From Azolla caroliniana (taxonomy: Eukaryota > Plantae > Polypodiophyta), in contig JBHGNT010000012.1 in the NCBI GenBank assembly GCA_043228905.1, positions 7,874,001 through 7,938,000 of the forward strand: a stretch of DNA of 64,000 bases. The letters run 5' to 3'. A model generated the notes under the pieces. It was not told the DNA's origin and ran no database searches. It was given only the letters and a program-made list of their open reading frames with translations. Each line of letters begins with the position of its first letter. Position 1 is the stretch's first letter. Below are positions 50,551 through 63,199 of this stretch, in pieces. Position numbers and translations under genes: made by a program.

Positions 50551-53047
50551 CTTATTGGAAGTTGGCTATTGTGTGCACACATAGAAACACATAACCTTAA
50601 GTTTCGGGTTAAAAAGTGTCTTAAACCTCAATCTCTCTCTCTCTCTCTCTCTCTCTCCTTGTATGAGACACACACACAAAGCAGACAACCACTTTCTAAC
50701 ATCTCTCCCTCTCCCTCTATGCATTGGAGGATCTTATTTATAGCAAATTTGAGATGTGTTTTGGGAAAAGATGAAGAAGAGATGTTATATGATCATCTTG
50801 TACACTTGTCCTGATTTGTAGAAGAAAAGCATTTCATCATTTTGTACGTATGTGTGTGCGTTTGAGATATTATATAATATACAAAAAAGCTACTAAAGTT
50901 CCATTAGCCCTAGCCTATCTTTTGCACCATCATTTTATTTCTCTAATTTAGCTTCTCCCCCTCCCCCCCAAATACATATTAAAATGCAATAAGATAATTT
51001 GACCTCTCAAACCACGCACACACAGAGGAAGGTTTAGTGCTCAAGACGACTGGCTTGTGTGTGTGTGTGTGTGTGTATGTGACACCTTACTTTTGATGAA
51101 TTTGAGTTCACTTGAAAGCTACTAGAACATGGAGTTCCACTAGCCTAGGCCACTTTCTTCTTACCCGTCTTCATTATTGAGAGTCACCAACTCAACTCCA
51201 ACGTGAAAATCTTTAACTTTTGGCTACATAGGTTATTTTTCACATGTGAGGATGATAATACAATCAATAAAAAAGAATGAGCAATGAATTGTGAATGAGC
51301 TCATCCCTCACCAACTTAACCACAAAGGGAAAAAAACTGAAGATGTGTATCCAGATCACATAGAAGGCAAATACTCGATCCTTCATGGACTTTGAACAAT
51401 CATTCAAGAGGTCTAGATTTCAAAGCATTTGTCAACCAAAACACTACCATACATTGGATATTTACTTTTATTTATCATTTCCCCTACTTTTCTAACCATA
51501 GTAGGGGAATTCATTACATAATACTTTTCCAACCCATAGATCATATTTCTACAACTTGATGAGTTAAAATATCATGATTTGGTCTTCCACTTGTCCTCAT
51601 CTTAAGCTCTTTAGATATATTGCAAGATGATTGATATACTGCATCTTCTTTTTATCCCCTCCTTCCCCTCGTTTTACCTTTCTGTAAGTGCACTATAAAT
51701 TATATTGCATGATGTTTGTATGTCTGCACTATGGCACAAAACATTGTTTTGTGAAAATGCATGGTATGTAGGCAAGTAAAAGGAGTAATAATATTATCAA
51801 CATGATATGATTGGTGTAATTAAAGTGTGTATAGTACTTCTAGTAAACTTCGAGTTTGGTTCGAGATTGCGCACATGAATAATGTATGCTATGCAAGGAG
51901 GTCACGACTGCATGAGCAATATATCGTGTTCCACATGTTGATTTAAAAAGAGAATGTCTATTTTGTTTTATTCATTGGATCATGAGGAATAAGTTTTTCT
52001 GGAGGCAAATCACATCACGATGTTCAACCAAAGTTTCTTATTTGTAGTTACAAAGATGAAAATGTGTTCCATGTGCATCATATCCTAGTTCATGTTGCAT
52101 AAGTTTATTCATGGAGTGACCCTCAAAGCAATTTTGCATGAAGAATTTGATTGCATGTTTGTGAAGAAAAGAATGTTCAATGTATTTTGAACTTTAACTC
52201 AATTAATGCTCAAAGTAAAATTAGATCGACATATGTCCAATAAGTCACTTGTGACAATCTAATTGAGTTTTCCTAGGCTAGAAATAATGCAAGCCTTATG
52301 TTTTGAAGAATCTTATGGATGATAAAGCTTAGTGATTTCATGAGGGTAAATGTTTTACACCATCTTTTATCCACCAAAAATTAGTTTACCCGTTGAGGAG
52401 AAGAAAATATTGAAACTTGTTGTGTTATTATCGGTGATGTTTTTTGTGGAGTTCGATAGACTGATTTGATGATCAATCATGCAAAGATGAAATTCATAAT
52501 CAAAATGATTGTTTAGACTTTCTAGCATCCTCTCTGAGCCAAGTTGAGAAACTTGTTGAACTTGGCCAATTTCTTGTTGTCCCTCAAAATGAGTTGTATA
52601 GATTTAGCAAATCCAATGACAAACTTTCAATTTACTTGCTATAATTAACTGTCCAATGTATTAAAATATAAAAACCTAACATATTACAATAAGTTTTATA
52701 CTCCAAAAAGATGAACTTTAATTCCATGGTGGACCTTACAATACACTTTAAAATGATGCGTTTGGCATAAAGTGAACTATATGCACTTTGAAATTGGACA
52801 CGACTTCTCAAAGGAAAAACCATTCATCAAGTTTGAAACCAATGTTCATTGGTGTCTTCTCAACATGACAATGATGTTTAATGTCTATCAAGCTCAAAAG
52901 GAATAAGTTTCTTACATTTTTGTGAATGAAAAACATCATCATGGAATAATGAAAGTTTCTAGAACCTCTCATTTATTAGCGAATGTCTTACTATCATAGG
53001 CAACAAAGAAGATGTCTATACAAAGCAATGTAATTGGCTAAGAACAA

Positions 53048-53504
53048 TGTTACGGCCATGACCATATAATATCCCGTGGTGAGAATTAACCGTAGTATTC
53101 TATACACGTGGATAAGTGTGAGGGTTAAACGAGAGTGTAAAGAAGGGGAGGATTACTTTTAATCCTCGAGATTGAGACAACCCATTAGGCCAAGTGTGAA
53201 CTTGTCTAGGGGCCTTGGGTATCGCTATAAATAAGAGGCCTAGCTACCCTCATTTGATCATCTTGTTGACTACGTCGAGACTCTGTCTTGTGGTGGGTCA
53301 ACTCTTGTAGCGAGCGCGCCAGCACCAGGTACGACTCAAGGCCACGACGGTGGTATGGGACGCCGATTGAGGCTCGAGTCCGTCTCGATCCCTTCGCTTG
53401 GGGATGGTCGGGTGGATTGACACCCTTCTTTCTCTCTCTCCTTTCTATCTATTTATCTTTATTCTATCCTTATCTAATGCTTACTTTAGTACATGTCTCT
53501 AATA
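53048..53504 (+). mobile_element. Solo LTR of the chromovirus family
   Basis: Homologous to the reverse complement of 25142-25596; TSD AACAA (53043-53047 / 53505-53509); starts TGTTACGG and ends CTCTAATA. Confidence 0.92.
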
Positions 53505-53854
53505 AACAATGCCCTATAAACATAAGATATCGTTCAAAGTTAAAATGGTTACAATGGGGATCCCATATAGGAATGTCTTAACATGTTGTGGTAAGCATGC
53601 AAGAGGGTGTGCATGGAATTCATCCAAATAACATCATTCTAATACAAATTATTCATTTACCATTCAACTATCATCTCATGCCACCAAGGTTGGTTAGGTT
53701 GGAGCAATAACAGAGTCTGTGTCAACAATCAATATTGCACTTACGAATTACGATCAGGGAGTGGGGAACTCATTTAGGATGGGTCTTATGCCTAAGATTG
53801 TTGGGTGCTAGCATGTAGATATACATGTTAATGCTTAGATTTAGTAGAAATATT

Positions 53855-54220
53855 GTAAAAAATACAATTGCGGAAGCTAAGACGAAATCGGCTCAGTTGG
53901 ATAGCAACATAATACAGACACAAGTTTAACAGAAACCTTAGACGAGAGAGAGACAAAGTTAGAGCAAAACGGACCACATCTGTGTCTTGGTCTTCTTGCC
54001 CTTCTTGGCTTTACCTCCCCCTTTTTCGGTTGGCTTCGACTTGGGTTTTCTGTTTCGGTGCGTCCCCTTGTGTCTGGTCTCAACCGTCCCGTGCACTCCG
54101 ACTTCCTCGGTCGGGCCGAAGTCAAAATTGGTTTCCGACTCGGCTTTTTAGTCATCTTTCTCATTACTCATTTCATTCCTCCCCCTCAAGTTCGGCATAT
54201 CGAGGTACTGCACACCCCGT
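53855..54220 (-). mobile_element. Copia 3' fragment related to the 23812 element (RNase H end, PPT-like tract, charged tail)
   Basis: CTCCCCCTCAAGTTCGGCA(T/C).TCGA matches ~24717-24745; TTGCGGAAGC near 53868 resembles the LTR end. Cut by the gypsy LTR at 54221. Confidence 0.55.
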
Positions 54221-54932
54221 TGTCGAGGTATTCCTCGCGGATGCGTGGAATGAGGCGAGACCTCAGGGGTCCTGTACCGAAGAGCAAGAGAGAAAGGACA
54301 AGAGACCCACTACGTGCGAGCGTAGATTCACAGGGACACGGCCCTTCGACACAAAGACGCGAGTGGGACAGCGACACAGAGAGACACGAATGTATGTATG
54401 TATTAACAAAGACAACAACAAGAACACGGAAGCAATAGAAAAAACACGAAGTCGGTTACAACCGAACAGGCCGGCGGACAGATGCCGATGCCTGTTCGTA
54501 AAAGCACAGAAAGACAGGAGCAGGTTGGAGGTGCTGCCGGAAGCACTCGGGCATTCCTCAGAGCAGCACGAGCCTCCCGAAACCTACACAGAAGGAAGCT
54601 ATGGAGTTTGTGAACCAGAGAGAGAGAGAGAAGCCTTCGCACGCAAACCGACAGCACTTCGTCCTCGACTCTCCGCGATCCTTCGCCCCTCCTCGTCTCC
54701 CTCCTTTTATAGGCAAGGAAGGAGCCGTTTCCCCTTTACTCCCTACCTACCGAATCTACCTAGGATCTCCTATGTACAACTTAAGGCGCACGTGCATGAA
54801 GAGTCGGTTTCTACGCTCCGGTGCACCGATTCCGCTCGTGGACGGTTTTCTTCACGACATCCGCCCCCACCTAACCGTGCATCCACCGGCATGCGCCAAA
54901 TTGTGTTGGGACGGAGAAAACCAATCCAGCCT

Positions 54933-57389
54933 TCATTCTCCGCCCGTCGGTTCTTCCTCGGTTTCGGATCGCTCGTCGTCGCGGTCCAAGTCAACCGGAT
55001 CCGGCTCGTCGTTGTGACGCTTCTTGAACGCTTTGATCCGCTTCCCAGCTACCGGTATCGCCATTCTCGTACCGTCGAGTTCCGCCAGATGGTACGTCCC
55101 GTTGTCGTTGGCGCTTTGTACCACGTAAGGCCCGAACCACCTTCTTGCGAACTTCCGTGTCGCTTGGTGCTGGTTGTCAAGGCTGCTGTCATAGACTAGC
55201 ACCCAGTCGCCTTCCTCGATCTTCTTCGGTCGGAGCCGGTGCGTTCGGTCGAACCGGGCTTTGTTCCTCATCCTTGCTTCCCGAAGCTTTTCCGCAGCCT
55301 GCTCCACGTCCTCCGGTCTTCGCTCGAGCTGTCGTGTACGCGCCGCCAGCAGTTCCTCTCGACTCATCTCGTCTCTCCAATCCACGGTTGCCCACGAGGA
55401 GATCGTACGCTCCATCGGCATGACCGGCTTCTGCCCAAACATGAGCTCTGCCGGCATGAACCCGGTTACCAAACTGTGCGTAGTTCGGTCGGCCCACAAC
55501 GCGTAAGGCAGCAGCCGCGGCCAGTTCCCGACTTGACCTCCGCAGGCCCGAACTAACGCCTTGATGATCGGTCCATGTCCGCGCTCCACCTTTCCATTCG
55601 CCTCCGGATTGTACGCAGTGGTAAGCGAGAGCTTGACTCCTAGCCGGTCGAACAGCTCCTCGGCCTCTTCGGCATCCAACTCCCCGCGATCAGCCACGAT
55701 CTTCCCGACGCACCCGTACCGGCATATCACGTCCTCGATCAGGAACCGACATACGGCCGCGGTCGTTTTGTTCTGAAGGGCTCGGCCTTCCACCTGGTTC
55801 GTCAGATCTTCCCGAGCCAGGACCAGATACCGCATCTGTCCTACTCCCATCGGCATCGTCACCAGGTCTACCATCCATTTGAAGTGGATGGTCGGAGGGT
55901 ACGTAGGGTGAAGCTCGTCCCGATGTCGGACTATGGAGTGCATCTGACACCTCTCACAAATTGTCACGAACCGATGCACGTCCCGGTACAGTCCCGGCCA
56001 CCAGTACTTCCCCTTTATCTTCTCGAACGTGGCCCACGTTCCACGGTGTCCGGCCCAAGGGCTGTCGTGGTAGCCCGTCAGCAGCTCCTCCTGTTCTTCC
56101 TTCCTCGCCACCACCCGGAGCGAGACGCCGTTCCTCTTCTTCGGGTGCTTCCATAAGTATCCGTCCCGGAGAAAGAATCGGTAAGCTTTCTTCCGGATCC
56201 GGTTGGCCTCGTCCTTCGTCCATGACGCATCCGGCGTCATTGTCCTCAAGAATCCCCCGATCTGGAGCCACTCGCCATCGTACCTGCTCTCGTCGAAGTC
56301 GTTAAGTGCCGGAGTGCTCGTCCCATCGGTTGTTATGTACGCTGCCTCGAAGAAGTCCACGCCGACTTCTTCGTCCTCCAAAACCATGCCGCCCTCGTCA
56401 TCAAACCTCGCCCTCGAAAGCATGTCGGCCATGGCGTTGTCCTTTCCGGAAATGTGCCGTATTTCCGGGTCCAGGGACTTGATGTACGCTATCCACCGGA
56501 GCATCACCAAGTCCGGTGTCGCGCATCCGGAAACCATGCCGAGAATCGGCAGGCAATCCGTCTCGATAACCACTTCTGTCCCGATCAGGTAGTCTTTGTC
56601 AGCCTTTACTGCCGAAACGATACCCCAGAGTTCGCGTTTAACCTGGGCGTACCCTCGCTGTCGTTCACTGAGGACCTTCGCACCGAATCGGATCGGGAAC
56701 CGAATGCCGTCCCCGTCTTCTTGGTTGACGACCCATCCGATCCCGGTCGGACTCGTATCCACCGTTATGTATACCGGGGTACCCTTCCCGTAGACAGCCT
56801 TCCGGAGCGCCGGTGCTGCCGCAAGAGCTTCCTTCAGCTTCCGGACCGACTCCGTGTGCTCGTCTCGCCACTCGAATTTTCGCCCTTTCTTCAGCAACCC
56901 ATATAGCGGCTCCGCAACGTGGGCGTAATGCGGGATCCATATGTGGTAGAATGCGCATGCCCCCAGGAACCTCCGAACTTCCGTAACCGAGCTATAGTCG
57001 GTCTTCATCGTGGAAATGACTTCTACCTTTGCCGGAGACGGCTTCCGGCCATATGGTCCACATAGGTGTCCGACCACTAGGATTTCCGATTGCCCGAAGG
57101 CCGATTTCTCCCCGGAGAAGGTGAGCCTTGCATCCTCTAGCCTTTGTAGCACCTTCTCGCAGTCGCCGATGTGTGTTGCCACGAATCGCCGGCATCCGTC
57201 CGGCCCGACTGTCTCGTCCTTCTCTTCCACCGGGCACCCTTTGATCGGGATGTCGTCTAGAAACGGCATGGTGATGTCCGGGATGCAATCCCTCAGTACC
57301 TTGTTCATTGCATTCACCATGTGGGCCACCGAGTTGGTCCCTCCTTGCGGTAGGGTACACATTCGCACTAGGCCGAGGGGAGTTCGCAT
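54933..57389 (-). CDS. Gypsy pol fragment (RT C-half, RNase H, integrase)
   Basis: LPQGGTNSV, PFLDD, VDTS, ELWGI, ETDC, GHRG..CERC, YNPEANGKVERGH, WFGPY. Confidence 0.88.
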   Translation of the reverse strand: MRTPLGLVRMCTLPQGGTNSVAHMVNAMNKVLRDCIPDITMPFLDDIPIKGCPVEEKDETVGPDGCRRFVATHIGDCEKVLQRLEDARLTFSGEKSAFGQSEILVVGHLCGPYGRKPSPAKVEVISTMKTDYSSVTEVRRFLGACAFYHIWIPHYAHVAEPLYGLLKKGRKFEWRDEHTESVRKLKEALAAAPALRKAVYGKGTPVYITVDTSPTGIGWVVNQEDGDGIRFPIRFGAKVLSERQRGYAQVKRELWGIVSAVKADKDYLIGTEVVIETDCLPILGMVSGCATPDLVMLRWIAYIKSLDPEIRHISGKDNAMADMLSRARFDDEGGMVLEDEEVGVDFFEAAYITTDGTSTPALNDFDESRYDGEWLQIGGFLRTMTPDASWTKDEANRIRKKAYRFFLRDGYLWKHPKKRNGVSLRVVARKEEQEELLTGYHDSPWAGHRGTWATFEKIKGKYWWPGLYRDVHRFVTICERCQMHSIVRHRDELHPTYPPTIHFKWMVDLVTMPMGVGQMRYLVLAREDLTNQVEGRALQNKTTAAVCRFLIEDVICRYGCVGKIVADRGELDAEEAEELFDRLGVKLSLTTAYNPEANGKVERGHGPIIKALVRACGGQVGNWPRLLPYALWADRTTHSLVTGFMPAELMFGQKPVMPMERTISSWATVDWRDEMSREELLAARTRQLERRPEDVEQAAEKLREARMRNKARFDRTHRLRPKKIEEGDWVLVYDSSLDNQHQATRKFARRWFGPYVVQSANDNGTYHLAELDGTRMAIPVAGKRIKAFKKRHNDEPDPVDLDRDDERSETEEEPTGGE

Positions 57390-57985
57390 CTTCGTAATGT
57401 CTCTGCTCTCTACGGCTAGCTAGAACTGGTCGTACCCCGAGTACAGATCACCGACCGAGTAAATCGACCTTCCGGCGAAGGCCTCCGCGAACTCGTCTAT
57501 GGTCGGTCCAATTCCTGCGTTCCGAATGGTCACTCTGTTGACCGGCTGCAGGTCCTGAATGAAGCGCAATGTTCCGTTTTTCTTTGGTACGGTAAACCAT
57601 CGGTTCGAGTATGGCGCGCTTGACGGTTCGAGAATACCCATATCGACTTTCTGCCTCAGTAGCTCCATCAACTCCGGGATGTGAGCTCTTGGTACCGGAA
57701 TCGGCTTGAGATTCCACGGCACATGCGGTACTGTGAATATCACCATCGGCTCCACGATTGTCGGGTCTACGCACCCGATCTCTTCCGGCGAGAATGCAAA
57801 GGCTTTCCCGTGCCTTCCGAGCATTCTCCGAAACCGGTCTTCCTCCGTCGGCAGTAGGAACCCGCCCCCACCGATCTTGAGCTCCCGGAGCGTCCCGTCT
57901 GTTGGAGACGAGGTCGTCTATGCGGAAGATCAAGAAGCATTTGATTGGTTTTTGAATACCTGCGTATGACAGTTTCTAGGTCGTT

Positions 57986-58019
<34 letters not shown>

Positions 58020-58382
58020 ACAAAAGACTTTCTATTCAATAGAAACAATAATACAACACCCAACCTTACAAAAAGGTTACAAGGTCACTATATATAGTGA
58101 CCGACATAGGGCAACTACCCTTTATGCTAATTACACAAATGGCCCAAAGGGATAGTGTGAATACGTCCATTATACACTTGTATTCGACACTCCCCCGTAA
58201 TGGGCGTATACATGGGTTATCTAAGATTACAGGTATAGACTTAGGTTCTCGGACATATCAGCTTTGTTCGAGTCGGCAGGGTCTGAAGGCAGAAGACCGA
58301 ACTGGTCGGGTCGGAACAGTTGAAGCCGATCATTAAGGAACTGATGTCGGTTGTCGGGAACCATCCTGCTCTGTGTCCGGCT

Positions 58383-59900
58383 CTAACCGGACTGGTTTGT
58401 CGTTACGCCCATCTGATGCCGAAGAAACCGAAAGCGGTCTGCCGAAAGACACTTGGTCATTCCATCTGCGACATTGTCGGTTGTGGATATTTTCTCTAGA
58501 CCGATTTTCCCTGAAATGACGCAGTCCCGAACGAAGTGATATCGAACGTCGATATGTTTGGAGGCGTTGTGGTGAACCGGATTTTTCGACAAGGCAACAA
58601 CACCTTGACTGTCGCTGTAGACAACTGGAGCCGAGTCATGGTCGACTTGTCGAAACGTGTGCGCCAGCCGACCGAGCCACAAAGCTTCTTTTGCTGCGTC
58701 GGACGCAGCTACATATTCTGCTTCGGTCGTTGAGGTCGCTGTGCACTCCTGAAGTTTCGACTTCCACGAGATTGCTCCATTGCCGAATTTGAAGCAGTAT
58801 CCGGTTGTTGATTTCCGACTGTCTGTACAGCCGGCGAAGTCCGAGTCGGTGTAACCGACTACGCCTGAGGTTCGGTTCGGACCGAAAAGAATGCCATGGT
58901 CTTTTGTGCCAGCCAGATATCTGAACACATGCTTGACTGCGTTCCAATGCGATCGGCCAGGATTGTGCATAAATCTGCTAACGACTCCTACGGCATGAGA
59001 AATATCAGGCCGTGTCGCAACCATCAGGTACATAAGGGAGCCGACTGCCGGTGCATACGGTACCGACTTCATATCTTCCCCCTCCGGGCCGGATGTCGGG
59101 CAGTCTCGCTGAGAGAGCCGAAGATTCATTGGGAGCGGGGTTGAAGCAGATTTGGCTGATTGCATGTTGAAGCGTTCCAAGACACGTCGGATATAGTCGG
59201 TCTGAGACAAAAAAAGATGTCGTTTATCGCGATGCCGACTAATCTTCATGCCGAGTATGTGTCGTGCCGGACCGAGGTCCTTCATGGCAAACTTCAACCG
59301 CAGTTGCCGAATGAGATCGGCAAGTTCGCCCGCGTGGCGTCCAGAAATTAGCATGTCGTCCACGTAAATGATGAGGAAGATGGGTGATCCATCTTGAGCT
59401 GTGTTGGTGAAGAGACAATGGTCCTCATCGCTTTTGGAGAAGCCGATCGATTGGATGAAGTCGTCGAACTTCTTGTACCATTGTCGTGGTGCCTGTTTGA
59501 GGCCGTATAGACTCTTCCTGAGTCGGCAGACTAGATGTTCTTGGCCACTTGCCACGAAGCCTTTTGGCTGCTCCATATAAATTTCCTCCTCGAGATCACC
59601 ATGGAGGAAGGCTGTTTTGACATCTAGCTGAATCAGCTCCAAGTTGTCGGCTGCCACTACGCCGAGTAGAAAACGAAGGGTTGTCATTTTCACCACTGGT
59701 GAAAAAATCTCGTCGAAGTCGACGCCATATTCTTGTCGGAAGCCCTTCGCAACTAATCTGGCCTTGTACTTTGGGGTGGTCGAATCAGACGTCTCTTTTA
59801 GTCGATAAACCCACTTGCAAGGAAGAGCACGTCGGTTCTTAGGTAATTCGACCAGATCCCAAGTCTTGTTTGCCCGAATGGAGTGCATTTCCGACTCCAT
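58383..59900 (-). CDS. Copia RT-RNase H
   Basis: [42 protein letters not shown]. Confidence 0.9.
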   Translation of the reverse strand: MESEMHSIRANKTWDLVELPKNRRALPCKWVYRLKETSDSTTPKYKARLVAKGFRQEYGVDFDEIFSPVVKMTTLRFLLGVVAADNLELIQLDVKTAFLHGDLEEEIYMEQPKGFVASGQEHLVCRLRKSLYGLKQAPRQWYKKFDDFIQSIGFSKSDEDHCLFTNTAQDGSPIFLIIYVDDMLISGRHAGELADLIRQLRLKFAMKDLGPARHILGMKISRHRDKRHLFLSQTDYIRRVLERFNMQSAKSASTPLPMNLRLSQRDCPTSGPEGEDMKSVPYAPAVGSLMYLMVATRPDISHAVGVVSRFMHNPGRSHWNAVKHVFRYLAGTKDHGILFGPNRTSGVVGYTDSDFAGCTDSRKSTTGYCFKFGNGAISWKSKLQECTATSTTEAEYVAASDAAKEALWLGRLAHTFRQVDHDSAPVVYSDSQGVVALSKNPVHHNASKHIDVRYHFVRDCVISGKIGLEKISTTDNVADGMTKCLSADRFRFLRHQMGVTTNQSG

Positions 59901-60746
59901 CGCCAGATGCCAGGTGGCTGAATCGACAGATGTCGATGCTTCTTCGTAAGACGTCGGTTCGCCGGCGTCGGTGAAGAAAATTCCAGGAGAGTACCTCTCC
60001 GGAGGTTGCGACAGTCTCTCGGATCGTCGAGGTATGATTGGACTGGTCGCATCGGGTATCGTGGTTGGATGGTCCGAAAGCGGATTGTTCTACTGTGCCG
60101 AGTCGGAGTTGTCCGAGTCGGTAGTGTAAGGTTCAGCTACCCGTGAAGCTGACCGTGTGTTGAGAGCGGGGCCTTCTTGAAGGGTCAGCACATCGGAAAA
60201 TGTTACCCTTCGGACTTCGATCGGTTTTTCGACTGATGGATTCATAGCCGACTCGTTGAACACAACGTCCGAACTTCGGACGATTTGTCTGCGTTCGGGA
60301 TCCCAGAGTCGGTATCCCATTTCGCCGTCGGATCCATATCCAAGGAAAATGCATTTCCTGGACCGAGGTGCAAGTTTTCGGCGATCATCTTTCGGAATAA
60401 GGGCGTACGCCTCGCATCCGAAGATCCTCAGCTTGTCGTAATTCGGCTTACTGCCGATCCATCGTTCCTGAGGATTTTGAAGTCCTAGAGGTCTACTTTG
60501 CGACATATTGATTATGTGTACTGCCGTGAGTAGAGCCTCTGCCCAGAAGCCATCCGACAGTCCGGAGTGTTGGAGCATGGAAACTATCCGTTCTTGGATT
60601 GTCCGATTCATTCGCTCTGCAATCCCGTTTTGCTCCGGACTGTGTGGTGCCGTAAATTCTCGTCGGATGCCGCGTTGTCGGCAGAATTTGACGAATTCTT
60701 CTGATTTGAACTCTCCCCCATTGTCGGTCCGAAAGCATTTCAGTTT

Positions 60747-62399
60747 TCAGTCGGTTTGATTTTCTACCATAGCGAGCCAATCGGAGAAGATCGAGAAGAC
60801 CCGATCTTTGGTGCGAATCGGATAAGCCCACACCTTTCGAGTCGAATCGTCAATAAAAGTGACGAAGTAAGAGGCACCGCCGAGAGACTGATGCGGCATT
60901 GGGCCACAGACGTCCGAGTGGACCAAATCAAGAGGTCTCGTTTCTCTTGGTGCTGATGTCGGGTGTGATGCGGCTGCTTGTTTGCCATACTGGCAATGCT
61001 CGCAGAATTGATGGTCGGAGAAGGAGAGTTTAGGGATGTATCCGGCTCTAGATAGATGCGTAATGCCGGCCTTGCTGAGGTGTCCTAATCTTCTGTGCCA
61101 TAGTGATGACACAGGAATATCCACCAAAAACAGGTTACCCTCTCTGAGCGTAACATGTAACGGATACAGTGAGTGTATCTTGGGTCCTCTAGCAAGCAGG
61201 AGGTTCCCCCTGTGGAGTGTCCACCCTCCCGAAGAAAAACTGGCACGAATGCCATCTTCATCTAGTTGTCCGACTGAGATCAATGGCCTTGAGAGCTCGG
61301 GTACATGTCGGACATTGTGGAGTACAAGTGTAGAGCCACCTGCAAGGTTGAGCTCTACTGTGCCGATTCCGATGATGTCACAGTGTTGTGAGTTGCCGAC
61401 TCGAACTGAGTCGGAGTGACGGATCGTATATTGCCGAAATTGGGATCGATGAGGAGTCACGTGAAATGACGTGCCCGAATCTAAGAGCCATGTGCTCGAC
61501 TCTTCAGTCGTGAGTAGGACTTCTGATCCGACTGGATTTTCGATTGATAGTATATTCGGGTCGTTTGGTAGCACATCAGCTGAGAAGCTGACGTAATTGA
61601 TCTCCTCATGCCGGCCACTCTTCTTGTTGTTCTTGTTCTTGAGTGCGCGGCAGTCAGCTTTGATGTGTCCGGGTTTCTTGCAATAGTTGCAGATTCGGTT
61701 ATCCCGTGACTGGCTCCGTCTTCGCTGATTGTTCGGCGGTCGTGAGGAATCTCTTCCTCGTATGTTCGATCGGTCTGTCGAACATTGTACTACATAAGCG
61801 TCGTCTGTTGAGTCTTTGGCGAAAGACTTTCTCCGAGCTGCTTCGGTCAGGATTGCGCTCGTGACTTCGGAGTATTTAACAGCCGTGGTTGACGCGTTGC
61901 ACACGGTTGTGACGAAAGTTTCCCATGATGAGGGAAGGCTACTCATGAGTATCATTGCTCTGAGTTCATCCTCGATTGCCGTCCCCTGTGACGAGATTTG
62001 GGAGCTTATGCTTTCGTACTCATTGAGGTGTGCTTGAACCGAGTCAGATTCTTTCATCCGCAAGTTGTAGAGGCGCCGGATCAGAAACATCTTTGTTGCG
62101 GCGACCTTCTTTTCGTAAGTGTCCGACAGTGTTTTCCACAGTTCGAATGCTGTCGTACACGATTGCACCGTAAAGTATACCGATTCCGATAGGTGCATCC
62201 GAATCGTGGCGCGGACGATTCTGTCCAGCTTCTGCCACTCAATTGGTTTGTATCCTTCTGGAGGTTCTTCATTTTCGATGGGATCGATTTGCCCCTTGAC
62301 TATGAGATAGTCCTGCATTTGTTCCTTCCAGAAGTTGAAGTTCGATCCATCGAACTTTCGTAGACTCATTTCTGACGAGCCGGATGTTGATGCCATCAA
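60747..62399 (-). CDS. Copia gag-protease-integrase N-part
   Basis: KFDGSNFNFWKEQM, CNYCKKPGHIKADC, WLLDSGTSFH, LWHRRLGH, CEHC, LVHSDVCGP. Confidence 0.9.
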   Translation of the reverse strand: MMASTSGSSEMSLRKFDGSNFNFWKEQMQDYLIVKGQIDPIENEEPPEGYKPIEWQKLDRIVRATIRMHLSESVYFTVQSCTTAFELWKTLSDTYEKKVAATKMFLIRRLYNLRMKESDSVQAHLNEYESISSQISSQGTAIEDELRAMILMSSLPSSWETFVTTVCNASTTAVKYSEVTSAILTEAARRKSFAKDSTDDAYVVQCSTDRSNIRGRDSSRPPNNQRRRSQSRDNRICNYCKKPGHIKADCRALKNKNNKKSGRHEEINYVSFSADVLPNDPNILSIENPVGSEVLLTTEESSTWLLDSGTSFHVTPHRSQFRQYTIRHSDSVRVGNSQHCDIIGIGTVELNLAGGSTLVLHNVRHVPELSRPLISVGQLDEDGIRASFSSGGWTLHRGNLLLARGPKIHSLYPLHVTLREGNLFLVDIPVSSLWHRRLGHLSKAGITHLSRAGYIPKLSFSDHQFCEHCQYGKQAAASHPTSAPRETRPLDLVHSDVCGPMPHQSLGGASYFVTFIDDSTRKVWAYPIRTKDRVFSIFSDWLAMVENQTD

Positions 62400-63148
62400 A
62401 TTGGGTTTCGGTTGACGAAGCTCGGTTCGGAGTTGACTACGAGCCCTTTTGGAGTGCAGCCGGTTGGCTCACCCGATATCGTTCTAGTCGGATTTGAACC
62501 CGAGTCGGTTCGGCTTCGGAACTTGCTCGAATTGACTCCGGTAGCTTGAGGGACAGAACCGACTGGTCTTCCCGAATGTTGCCGAGTCGGAGTGAGCCCG
62601 GTTCGCTTCGGATATATATGCCGAATACCGATTATTGAAACCGATTATCTGGACCGATTCTGCTTCGGTTGACTGCAGCAACGAGAGAGACGGATCCAAC
62701 TGATCCTCCCGAATGTCGATCAGCCAGATGAAGCACGAATTTGGGGTTGTTGTCTTGAGACCGATCTGCACCGAGTGGTTACAATGAGCGGCGTTTGATT
62801 ACCTCTTCGGATGCCGTTTAACCGGGTGGAGCACGATCGTGTCAATGTTGCACAAGGGGATTTCACCTCGAGCGGTTACGATCACAAGGGACAGAGTACA
62901 ACCTGTTGGCTTACTCCAAGCGAAGATGATCTAACGCGATGAGATGCAAGCCTCGTTTCTCTTCTTCTTCGAATGACGCAGGAAACCGAATGCTGTGCAG
63001 GCTGAGACGACGGCCAACAGCAGATTGAAGGACCGACTACTGTGCAGGCTCTGATACCAGATGTTGGAGACGAGGTCGTCTATGCGGAAGATCAAGAAGC
63101 ATTCAATTGGTTTTTGAATACCTGCGTATGACAGTTTCTAGGTCGTTG

Positions 63149-63199
<51 letters not shown>

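Noticed and set aside
53982-55199. 405-aa plus-strand ORF
   Set aside because: It crosses three unrelated segments (copia tail, gypsy LTR, antisense pol) in GC-rich DNA and has no domain motifs.
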